Shown here piece after piece: positions 23,985 to 35,326 of a stretch of 64,000 nucleotides of DNA (positions are counted from its first letter, which is position 1; every line of letters starts with the position of its first letter). This DNA comes from Lama guanicoe (taxonomy: Eukaryota). The position numbers and the translations under genes are program-made. A model generated the notes under the pieces. That model had not been told where the DNA came from. It saw only the letters and a program-made list of their open reading frames with translations, and made no database searches. The DNA lies in NCBI GenBank assembly GCA_013239625.1, contig MU053934.1, positions 9,011,352 through 9,075,351 of the forward strand, in the 5' to 3' direction.

Positions 23985-26055
23985 TCTCTGCCTCACGGCA
24001 CCAGCCCTCCGCAGGGCCTTAGACCCCTGACCATCTTGTTTGCCTGTGTGCCTCTGGTCTATCCAGGCAGATAGACAGAGCTGCTGTGGAGGCTGGGGGT
24101 ATGACCTGCTGCGACAGCCAGTTTGGAGTGTTGTTGCTGGTGATGCTATGACTGGTCCCCATGCGTCTCACCCTGTCACAGGCAGGCACGTGAAGTGGGG
24201 TGGGGAGAATGGAACAGGGGCCTCTTGGGTACATTTTCCAAAAGAAGCATCTTCTCGACCGTGTGTCACGTGTCCACATGCTGTTAAGACACTGCTGAAA
24301 AGAATTTGGAGGAAGCCTAGTGAGAGAAAGTCTGAGCTATGTGGAGAAGGTAGTTGTGGGGTGGGGACTTCCTCTGCGCCTTCCCCCCACCAAGTGAGAG
24401 CCCAGCTGTCGCCCCAGGTTCATGAGGCCCCATCTTGGACCCCCACTGCCCCTCCGCCCAGTGCCAGCAAAGCTGGCTTCGCCCGTCCCTTGTCTGGTAC
24501 ATCTGCCTTCCTTCTTTCCTTTCGCCAGACCAAAGATGAATCCGGTGCCCCGAGGGCCAATCCCCAGAGCGGGGTTTGGCCCCAGAGAGTGGACATGGAA
24601 GGGATGTGGGGAGATGCAATGGCTGTGGTTTCGTGGGTCTTTCCTTTTACCGGAAGTTCTAGAAAGCTTTCCAAACACACTTGCCCAAAGAGACTTCAAC
24701 ACTATTGTCCACAGTTGTTGGGGGGGCGGAACAGTCCAGAGTCCACTGGAGAAAGAGGCAGCTGGGGCCATCTCCTCCACAGCAGACTGAACTATGAACT
24801 AATCCCCCGTGAGGTTCCCACTGAGGCTCTCGGGCTCAACAAATACCCCTTTGTTGACTGGATGTCCAGTGGGAACTCACGGAGCCTGAGGACAGGACTG
24901 ACGGCCGTCTGGGCTTCCCTGGGATGAGAGCAGGGTCCAGGTGGTTGCCATTAAGTCTCTCACTCAAGGTCGCTCTGTCCTTGGCTTGCTCACATGGTAA
25001 GTGACCCAGAAGGGCTTTTCAGCTCCTGACCCACCGCCGACTTGGAAACCCCAGATTCCTCATTCCCAACTCAAACGTGTAGCCAAGGAGTCTTATTCGA
25101 CCAGGTTATCCTTTCGAACGGGCCGTCCAGAGGTCAAGGCCCCATCCCCGGTCCCCTCCACTGAGGCCAGGGGGATACGGCTCAGAGAGTAACCATAGGT
25201 CCAAAGGGCACTGACATGACACGCATTAAGTGATTAAAACCTTCATGAATCTGTAATATAGTATGGTGACAAGTTGTCAAGATCTGGAATCAGGCCCCCA
25301 AACCAATTACACAAACTCAGAATGTCAGAGTCGACGGAGCGTGTGAAAAGGATTAGGAGGGTTTTGTTGACTGCAAGTCAAGGATGGTGCACCTGCTCAC
25401 TCACTCTTTCATTCAACTGTCTGAGCGGATGCTTGCAGCGCCAGGTACTGATCTGGGCATGGAATTACAAAACAAGACAAGTTCCTTTTCTTGCAGAGTT
25501 TATGTTCTGGTGCGAGGACAGACAATGAACAAGCAGATAGTGATGGGTGATGGCGAACGAACAGGGAAGGAAGGGCTTGGCGAGGGTGTGTTTGGGGAGG
25601 GGTTCTGCAATTTTAGGTCGGGTGACCGGGGTCACTGTTTGAGTTCCCCCAGGGAAGCAAACTGTGATTCAGAGATAAGTGTGTTTATTAGGGAGGGGGA
25701 TTTATTAGGGAGTGCAGGAGGGGAGGAAGCAGGACTGGGCAGCAGGAGAAGTTGGGCTGGGACTCAGGCCAAAGGCCCCAGCCAACGTCCCATGGAGCTC
25801 CGGCGATGGGTGAGCCTTCAGAATTGTCTCAAATAAGGCCTATATACCCCATGTTGATCGGTCATTGGATGAGGCTGCCCAGGAAGGACGTATAACCTTG
25901 AATGGGAGGTTTTCATCAGCTGAGAAAATCACCAAAGAAGCCCAGACCTGAGGCACCTCCCAGCAGCCAGGCAACCAGTCCTTGACTCCTGAAGAGGAGT
26001 CTGGACCACACATCACAGTGTCCTCTACCCCAGGGAAGACTTCATCAAGAAGACA

Positions 26056-26596
26056 TTATTTTATTTTATTTTATTTTTTAGATTCCACATATAAGTGATA
26101 TCATATGGTATTTTTCTTTCTCTTCCTGGCTTACTTCACTTAGAATGACGATCTCCAGGTGCATCCATGTTGCTGCAAATTTTATTCTTTTTTATCGCTG
26201 AGTAGTATTCCATTGTAATATACCACATCTTTATCCAGTCATCGGTCGATGGACATTTAACAAAAAAAAAAAGAAAAAAGAAGACACTGATGAACTCATC
26301 TACAAAACAGAAACAGAATCACAGACATAGTAAACGATCTTATGGTTACTGAAGAAAAGGGGGTGGGAAGGGATAAATTTGGGAGTTTAAGATTTGCAAA
26401 TGGTAACCATTATATGCAAAAAGAGATAAAAACCAAATTTCTTCTGTATAGCATAGGGAGCTATATTCAATTTTTTGTAATAACCTTTGATGAAAAAGAA
26501 TATGAACACAAATATATGTATGTATACGTATGACTGAACTATTGTGCTGTACACCAGAAACTGATACATTGTAACTGACTATACTTAAAAAAAAAA
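26056..26596 (+). mobile_element. Young 5'-inverted L1 3' end (26056-26258 antisense, 26259-26596 sense) inserted in L2
   Basis: Antisense GATTCCACATATAAGTGATATCATATGG...GATGGACATTTA abuts sense GACACTGATGAACTCATCTACAAAACAG...GTAACTGACTATACTT plus polyA; TSD AAGAAGACA (26047-26055 / 26597-26605). Confidence 0.85.
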
Positions 26597-26605
26597 AAGA
26601 AGACA

Positions 26606-27150
26606 ACATTGAGATAAGAAATGAAGGCATAAGGACTGAAACCTCTCCAGGAAGAGGGAGTAGCCAGTGCACAGGTCCCGAGGAGGGATGATGCTTGGGT
26701 ATTCCAGGGGGTACGTGTGACTGGAGCAGAGTTGGGGCAGGGGAGAGGGGGAGGCAGCTGGATTGGCAGTGATCATCCAGGCCTTTTCAAGGACCACAAC
26801 GTCTACTTGGAATCAGACTGGAGCCTCTGGAGGGCTTTGAGCAAGGAACGGTTTGACTTGCACATTGAATGACTTCTCTGGCTGCTGTGGTGAGACTAGG
26901 GTTGGGGCAGAGGAGTAGAATAAAGCCTGGAGACCCAGGGGGAGCCCGCAGTAATGATCCAAGAAAGAGATGATGGTCACTCGGATCCAGATGGAGCAGC
27001 AGAGGTGAAGAGTAGTGACCTGCTTCTGGATGAGCTTAGAGATGGAGCAAGCAGACGCGATGGCCGATTGGATGTGGCGTGGGAAGAAGGGTCAAATGTG
27101 ATGCCAAGGTTTGAGGATTGAGCAACTGTTTGAAAGGAGTTATTGTCACA
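26606..27150 (-). mobile_element. L2 LINE fragment
   Basis: GGAGCCTCTGGAGGGCTTTGAGCAAGG; CTCTGGCTGCTGTGGTGAGA; ATCCAAGAAAGAGATGATGG. Confidence 0.7.
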
Positions 27151-28689
27151 AAAATCGGTGTCTTCTTCCAAAAGGATGCTGGGCTGAGCCCACCAGGCAG
27201 GGCCTGCACTGGGCATTAAAAAGTCAGTTCTCCTCCAGACCCTCTGCTCCATGTGGGAGACTGGGCGACAGACGATTTAACCAATTAGGTGGGGAGGCTG
27301 TGTGCACAGGGGGACCCCCACACAGCTGAGGAGCAGAGACAGACCCCACCACCCAGCTGAGGCTCCCTTTCCTCTAGGACACACACTTCAGAAGGGGCAT
27401 TGACAAATTAGTGCTTTAAACAGCGAGACCTGGCAACAGACCTAATAATGATCTTAATTTTGAAGTAGCCATGACAGTTAGCTGATGGCAGGTCACAGGT
27501 GCTGCTAATATCCCTCCAGAAGCGCTGTGCCTTCGTGGTGGAAGGAAATGCTATGTTTCAGTTCTAGGTTGGTTGAGATAAAGAGGTAACTTTCCCCATC
27601 CTCTTATGGACACCCCCTCGTCCTTTCCAAGGATCCCTCAGGAATCTGTGGACTCAGATGAAGAACCCTTGTGTTGCACCCATTTTGTTGATGAGATGAA
27701 CAAACAGAGGCTCAGAGAGGTGAAGAGATTTGCTCAAAACCAGGCAGTGCTGAGTCAGGACGGGCTTCTGGGCTGCGTGGCCCCAAAGCCCATTTTGGGC
27801 TCTGGCTTCCCTCTATAAATTGGAGATAAACCTGCTTACCCAGCTGGGCTGATGGGAGGACCACCGTTCCTGGATCCCGTGACCACCACGACGAGGTGGA
27901 GGGCTGACAGTGAGAATGGGTTCTGGGCGCTCTCGCTGCAGCTGGCAGCAAACTGGATGATTTGAGGCTGTTTTCAGGGAGCCCAGACCACCTCTCCTCG
28001 GCAAGCCACAAGCTGGGCCAGGTGGGTGGGAGGGGGCTGGCTGGAGGAACCACAGGGAGGAAGAGAGGCTTCCCTGGCCTTGACTCAGACCTGCTAAGCA
28101 AGCAAGCCTCTGGAGAGGGACAGGATTTGGATCAGTCTCGTGATTCCATCCACATGGCCGTGTACACAGGATGAACAGCGTGGGAGATGGTGCCGGGATC
28201 CAGACTTCCTTCGAGTGGAATTTGCTGCACGTGGTCCAGTCTCTTCCTCTTGAGTCATGCCTGGCACGGTCACAACCGCACCGAGGCCCCAGAGAGTCCT
28301 GGACGTTCTCGGGGCTGAGGCTGTCCCCTCTCAGCATGGGGGTCCCGGGGGACCCGAGGGAGACATGCTGTCTGACGCAGCCTGTGTAGTTCCCGGGCGA
28401 TGATGGGGGTCTGGGGCTGAGAGGGAGGGGCAGTCCTGCGGCCCGTGGGTAGACAAAGCAGCCCGCTGGCGTCCTGGGACCCAGCCTCGGCCTCCGTTGC
28501 CTCTGTGAGGCTCAGATCCCCCAGCTGTAAAATGGGATCATAATATCAAACTCTCTCCCAGGGTTACCAAGAGGAGTAAGTAGATGAATGCATGTGATGG
28601 GCCATCCCATCGGACCCTGCCTCACCATTGGCACCCAGAAGCCCTGGGAACAGTGGGTAATAGGTCCAGGGGTCACATTCTTTCAGCTC

Positions 28690-28880
28690 AAATACCAGTT
28701 CTGCCTATCCCTAGCTGTGGGCCCTTGGAAAAATGACCTAGGTTGCCCAGGCCAAGTTACCACATCTGTAAAATGGGGATAATAAGTATATCATTGTCCC
28801 AGAATTGTCATGAGAATCAAACAAGATAATCTGTTAAGGTGCTTTGTACATCAGACATACTTGGTAAATGTTAGCTATGA
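28690..28880 (+). mobile_element. MIR SINE
   Basis: CTAGCTGTGGGCCTTGG...ATCTGTAAAATGGGGATAATAA...GAGAATCAAACAAGATAAT. Confidence 0.7.
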
Positions 28881-29739
28881 CTATGCAAAAAGCACGCTGT
28901 GGGGACATCCAGGACTCATGAATGGGGAGCGCTATACCGGTTACCGGTATTTGAAAGGACCCCAAACCACTAACACAGAATTTGACACAGGGAAGGTAAA
29001 GTTCTCCATCAAAATTCAAAACACGAGTTCTGTATACAAATTTTTTCCATTTTTGACTTACAGAAGCAATCTTTTCCAGTAATTTAAGCCTTCAGAACAT
29101 TTGGAAGGAAATATCCAATGAGAAAACCTAGCATGTCCTGACTTTCAGTATTCAGCTGTTTCTTTTTTCAGTCAACAAACCCTTAGTGAGCACTGCCTGC
29201 ATGCCTGGCTGTGTGTCAGGTCTGGGGATGCCCAGGAGGAAATGCCCACGCCTTTGTCCCTAAGGGAATCACCATCAAAGACCCTAGGACCTTCCTGATT
29301 GAAAGTTCAGATCAACAGCCTGAAATTTACGAAATGGCTGGCGTTCCTCCACCCAGAAACACACTGCAAAATGGCTATTCTAGAGCAATTCTCCAACAAT
29401 CATTTCTTGGAATCGTAAAAGTCAGAGAGTTGCTGCAATACTTTAGATTATCTTGTTTTCTTTATCCATCCAAGCCAAGATTTTAATGCTACATCTGTGT
29501 GAGTATCTTTTGATAATAAGAACCAAATGTTGTCGGTGGAAATGACTGGAAATTACACTTAGGATCAGAATGTGGGGTTTTAGGTTCCCTCTTGGAAGAC
29601 AGTGCTGAGAAACAAACACACAGGACGTTTTCCCTATAAATCACCTCGGGATGTTGCAACACTCGGGTCTCCTGCCTGCCCCCTGGTCCAGGCATCAGGA
29701 AGACGGCTGACGTGTCCTGGGTGAAGCTGTCACCAGTGG

Positions 29740-30230
29740 ATAATGAATGTCCCACAGCCCAAATTACACCCCCAGCCCCCACTTCTCCTCTGAGCTCCTT
29801 CTTTTTCTGCCACTAAGAATCTTCACCTGGACGTCCGCAGGCATCTCAGACTCAACAAGTCCAAATGAACGTCATCATTTTCTCCAAACCTGCTCTGCTA
29901 TCCACAGATTCCACGTTGATGAAAGGCACCACCTCGTCCTGGCGGGAAGTCTGGGGCTCGCTCCCCGTCTCCCCCGTCACTGCTCAGGCTGTCCCACGTC
30001 AGTCAAGTGCTGGGCCTCTTCCTTCTGATTCGGTCCCTTCTGCCCGGGCACCCTGGCCCCTGTCCTGGCTTGGGGTCCCCCTCCGAACTGTGGACCACGG
30101 CAGCAGCCTCCTCTTGCCCACCTCTGATAGCCCACTCTCTACCCCTCCAGCCAGAGTGATCTTTGGAAAAATCCACATAGATCCCACCAGGACGTAGCCC
30201 TTTTTGTGAGCTGAGCTGGAACTCAAATCC
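29740..30230 (+). mobile_element. L2 LINE fragment
   Basis: CTTCACCTGGACGTCCGCAGGCATCTCAGACTCAACAAGTCCAAA; CCAGCCAGAGTGATCTTTGGAAAA. Confidence 0.7.
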
Positions 30231-32151
30231 ATCACTTTCTCCTCTTGAACTCCACCTTCTGAGAAAAGTGTAAATAACCACAATATAAACTCACACCGAG
30301 GATTTAGTACGAGAGGCCCTTCCAGGACACGCTGGGGGAGGCTGTGCCCCTTCTTCCATCCACCAGGTCCTGGATGATGAACTGATTGTCTGATGGCAGG
30401 ATACTGGCACCTGTTCTGGGCAGGGCCCAGGCCCTGGAGATGACCCAGATGCAGTCCCAGCCAGGTGGGGCTCGGAAGATGGGTACTTAGTAATGACTGA
30501 ACGAAAGGCTTCCAGAAGGAGGGGCCAAAGAGGGGAAAGGCCAGCTTGAGAAAACCTTGAGCCTTGAAAAGTCCAAAAGGAGGGACCGATGCCGGTGGTC
30601 TGGGGCTGCTGAGCGAGCATCAGCTGGACAGAGGGTGGGCAGTGCTGGGTGCTGGGCTGATAAGGCAGGCCGCCAGCTCTCCCGCACCCCCGTTTCCAGT
30701 TCTCAGCAACCTTTCGCTAGGGCTTTGAGCTTGGGAACCATGATGGGGGCAGAGGAAACCCTGGGCCCCGCCACCCTCGCCTGGCCTGGCTGGGCCGGGG
30801 CCAGTGTCTTCTCAGTGCTGGGAGGCCTGCCTGTGGCAGCCTAGGGGGCTCTGACGAATATCAGACTGTATGCGTTTGCTTCGATTTGCTTTGTTCTTAG
30901 AAGGCAGCCAGGAAATAACTATTTGCTGTGTGGATGCATATCCCCACTTCCCTAAATCAGCTCCCCTACCAGTCTACCCCAAGACACCCAAAGGGCAAAG
31001 CTAGCAACCTCCGTGTGGTTTTCTCCATGTGGTGCTCTCTCAAGCAGAATCGTAGGAAGAGCTAAAGCTTGCTGCGTCCCTGCTCTAACCTAAGCACTTT
31101 ACTTGGATGGTTTCGTCATCCTGACAACAGCCTGTGGGCTACACGCTATGATTACACCCGTTTGTGGGTGAGAAATAGTGGCCCGAGGTCACATAGTCGG
31201 TCAAGGGTGGGGCCAGGATTTGAACCCATTGGTCTCACTGCAGAACACACACGGTGAAGTTTACGCGGTGCTGCGGTCACCGGCTCTACCACAGCGCTGC
31301 CTGCGGCAAGTTCTCTGTCCTGCCCTCTCCCTGCCGGGTGGAGGCCGGAGCCGCTGCCCCCGCTGGGTGCACAGACCAGGGGAACCCTCGTACAGAGCCC
31401 AGAACAAGGTCGGGATGGCGCTGGCACTCACAGATGTTTGCTGAAAGAGCTCCCGGATGTGTTATTTCATCAGATGCCAAACAGCCTCCATCACCTGGCA
31501 GCTTCCACCCATCCAAACCCTGCCCCATCCCCACGTGGCACCTCTTTCAGATTCGGATTCCGTGCTAAAGGCCCCTGGGCAGCTGTAAACTGACATCCGG
31601 AAGGGGAAGGCCTCCCTGCTCACTCATTTAATATAAATGGACCCACCGCCCTCTCCAAACGGCTGGCTGCTCCCTACCAGCGGTCAGCTCTGTGGTCAAC
31701 AATTTGTTGGCCACCCACGAAACGCTCCAATGTTTCAGCAAGTTCACGATAAATGCTGTGTGGTTTTCCTTCGGGAAGGCAGGCGCGGGCTCCGGGCACA
31801 GGCGGGTCACAGGACTGACAGTGGGGTGGCCCCCAACGCAGAGGAGGCTGTCCTCGGGCGCCCACTTCCAGCCACCCCGAGCAGAGTCGTGGCCTCCTCC
31901 TCGGAGCCCGTAATTGGTTCTGCATGGTCTTGTTACGGCTTATGTCGAAATCACAGCGAAAGAATTCGGTGGGGAAGGCTGCTGTTGGAGACCACATGGC
32001 GACTCCCCGCAGAGGGACGCCTCCACTAACCTGTTCCCAATTAGGGGCTTGGGGGGCTCAGGGCCTCCCGTTGTTTTTGAACCTCTTTGACCAAATTCTG
32101 CCTCCCGAGGGCCCTTTGTGGAACATGTTCAGCTTTTTAAAATGCAGACTC

Positions 32152-32198
32152 AAAAAAAAAAAAAAAGAAAAAAAAGAAAAGAAAAGAAAAGAAAAAAA
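32152..32198. repeat. Poly-A / (GAAAA)n tract
   Basis: aaaaaaaaaaaaaaagaaaaaaagaaaagaaaagaaaagaaaaaaa. Confidence 0.9.
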
Positions 32199-34262
32199 GT
32201 CCCGTGGAGGGAGGTGAGAAAGGGGAGAAAGAACAAGACCTTGCAGTCTGGCTGCTGTACTGGATCTTATGGGAAGGGTTGGAAAACTGTTCAGCTTTGT
32301 CCCCCGCCCTGGATGGAGCCCAGCACTCAGGTTTATGGGCCGACGCGCCCTCGGCTGGACGCTCCCAGACGTTCCTGGCCACCTTGATTCAAGAAAGAGC
32401 TAGATGGAAAATTGGGGAGAAGCAGAATTTTCTTCCACGGCTTGGGCACCATTTTTGCCATCTACAAAAATACCCTTGGCTATATTTAGGCCACGCTATT
32501 AACAGGACTTTCGGACTCTCTCTTTTCCCTCAAAAATGTTTCTCAGCTTGTTTTTGTCATTTAATATTTTTCCCCACCACCTGGGGAAACCATCAAGCAA
32601 CAAGCACATTCCTGAACCAGCTTTTCCTGCTGCTGGCTAATTAAAACAAACCTCTGGCCAGAAGAGAGCCTTCTAACGTATTTTAGGAGCCGGTGGAAAG
32701 TATTTGCGCATGTTTCCCCTCCTTGGACGGACAACGCGTTGCCGGTAATTCCGAGGTGTCCGCTCTGGGCCAAGCACCGTGCTAGCTGCCATCTGCCCGT
32801 GTGTTCGTGTCGGCCTCCCGTCTACTGTGTGATGTGGGAGCTGTTATCACACTGTGTTCTAGATGGGAAAGCCGAGCCCTCGGGGGTCAAGCCGCAGCCA
32901 CAGGGCCTTGGGGACACTGAGATCTGAAGCCAGCTTTATTTGACGCTCAGGTCTGTGTTGAACATGACACTCAGGTTAGAGCCAGAGGAGACATACACTG
33001 GGGACGCTCACTTCTGAAGTTCCGTGGGTTTTATTTTAATGTGGAACTCCACGGGCCTCTAATTGCCCCTGGAAGCGTGTTCCCTAGAAGGGGCCTTGAC
33101 TGGGGGCTCGAGGGGGCAGACCTCCCTCCTAATTCGCCCCCACCCCCAACATCACTCTGAGACATCTACTTTGCTTCCAGCCCTCACCCCAAATGGAAGG
33201 GACAACGAACCCCCCTTCACTGCTCCCAGGGGCTCCAGGGCACGAGCACAAATTAGGAAAAACCCTCAGCCCCTGCTCCCAGCGCAGGGCTTGGCAAATT
33301 AGAAAAGGGTACCCACTCTCCGGATGAGTGTAGTCCTTTGCCCAGCACACGGCTTGGCCAGCTTGCAGCGGGTGGCCTCCGGGCCACCACTCACCCCTTG
33401 GTCTGGCGTCCATGTGCAGTAGGCCCTGACTTCCCTCAGCAAGGAGGCCGTCAATCACAAGTGCACAGGCCACGTGTTCCCGAGCCGGGCATCCAGTTTC
33501 AGGGCCTGACAGAAGTCTGCTCTGGCCACCCCCTGCCCTGTTTCAGTTGTACCCCAACCCCCAGTCCAGACCGCTGGACCTTTGCACTAGCTGTCTGTCC
33601 CACCTGGTCAGCCTGGCAAACATCTTCCCATACGGACTTGAGCATCAGTGGTTTGAGTCTCTTTTCAAGAACAGCCCCCTCCTTCCTTCCTCTGGGTCCT
33701 GCTCCTCCCACCATGTACATCTGTCATGGACATCTTGCAGCTTCTCTGTGTTCACCGTCCACCTCCTGCAGTCGAGGGAGGGTCCTAGGAGACAGGTGCC
33801 AGCTGTGGTGGGCAGGGGCTGGCAGCTAGTGCTAGGCAAGGGTCCCTGTCCCTCTCTTCCCCGCCCGCCCCCCACCAGCCATTCGAGGTTAGGCTCCTAT
33901 TGGTGATTCAAACCATGTACCTAATATTCGTTGTAAACAGCATCTTTCTAGATCTGATGGTTGCAAGAGTCTAGCCTGTCTCTTCTCATACTTGTTTGGT
34001 GCCCTGGGTATGTGTGGAATGATCCTGTGGAGGGCTGGGCAGAGCAGCCAGACACATGACCCTGTGGGTGTTCTGTCTATTTCAGTGAACCCCGAGCCCA
34101 CGTTCTCTGCAAAGCACCCAGGAAAGGCCTGGTGGGGGATGCTTGGTGAGCCGGGGCCTCTGTCTCCCACTTCCCCCAGGAGACATGTTGGGGTTAGTGG
34201 TGGCAGCATTCTGTGAGTCCAGGGTGGGGCTTTCTGAGCTGAGAGGAGCCACTAGTAGGGAC

Positions 34263-34360
34263 TTCTGACATTCCTAAACACCTCGCTCTGAAATAACAGC
34301 ATGATTGCCTTTTCTGACATTCCTAAACACCTCGCTCTGAAATAACAGCATGATTGCCTT
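34263..34360. repeat. Perfect 49-bp tandem duplication
   Basis: TTCTGACATTCCTAAACACCTCGCTCTGAAATAACAGCATGATTGCCTT at 34263-34311 and 34312-34360. Confidence 0.95.
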
Positions 34361-34807
34361 CGGTGGCTGCAAACCGTGTGAACTGGTCTAATGCCCAAGA
34401 GCCTGGTGCCATCTCGGAATACGCAGCGGCGGGCATCTCGGCACGTGGTCCACAGGTTACGTGCACCGTCCGGGTGGCGCCCAGGAAGTGCTGCCCCGTC
34501 TGTGCATGTGTGGTTGTGCCCCTTAGGCTGCAGATCCTGACAAACGCTGAGCTTGGTGGTTTGGCCTGGTTTGTGGTCGGTCAGCCCGGGGTGGGGGTGG
34601 GGCTGAAGAGATGGAAAGAAGTCAGTGGATTTCAGCTCTCTAGGAGCCCAGTTGCCCGGATGTAGCTCTGGACAACTGTGGGGGACAAGAGAGGGAGGAG
34701 GCAGAAGGAGTCTTGTGCTTCTGTCTGGCTTGGGCTGTTGGCTCGGTGGTGGTGTCTTTCACAGAAGAAGGAGACACGGGAGGCCGGCAGGCGGGGGTGA
34801 AAGCAGG

Positions 34808-35190
34808 CGTATCAGCCTGCTGGGCCGGCATCACACCGTGTCCCGGAGCAGGGGCTTACGCAGCAGACAGCTCACTGTCTCACTGTCTGGAGGCTGGAAG
34901 TCCAAGATCAAGGTGTCAGCAGGGCTGGTTCCTCCTGAGGCCTCTCTCGTTGGCCTGTAGCTGGGCACCTCCTCCCGTGTCCTCACATGCTCATCCTTCT
35001 GTGTCTGTGTCTGTGTCCTACTCTTCTTACAAGAGCACCAGTCATACTGGGTTAGGGTCCAATCTAGTGATCTCATTTACCTTCATCACCTCTTTAAAGA
35101 CCCCATCTCCAAGGGCGGTCACATTCTGAGATACTGAGGATTAGGACTTCAAAAGATGAATTTTGGGAAGGTACAATTCAGCCCACAGCA
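34808..35190 (-). mobile_element. MaLR solo LTR (MLT1-like)
   Basis: CTGGAGGCTGGAAGTCCAAGATCAAGGTGTCAGCAGGGCTGGTTCCTCCTGAGGCCTCTCT...ACAATTCAGCCCACAGCA; flanks GCAGG/GCATG. Confidence 0.85.
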
Positions 35191-35205
35191 GCATGCACGT
35201 AGTTT

Positions 35206-35326
35206 ATTTATTTAGTTAGTTATTTTGTTTTAGGGGGGAGGTAATTAGGTTTATTTGTTTACTTTAATAGAGGTACTGGGCACTGAACGCAGGACTTTGT
35301 GCATGCTAAGCTTGCCCTCCCCCCCC
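35206..35326 (-). mobile_element. tRNA-derived SINE (Vic-1-like), A-box region deleted
   Basis: GGTAATTAGGTTTATT...GAGGTACTGGGCACTGAACGCAGGAC...GCTAAGCTTGCCCTCCCCC; TSD GCATGCA(C/T)GTAGTTT. Confidence 0.85.

Noticed and set aside
24040..24927. 295-aa ORF on the plus strand
   Set aside because: Non-ATG start, low-information Pro/Ser/Gly composition, no recognisable family or exon signals.
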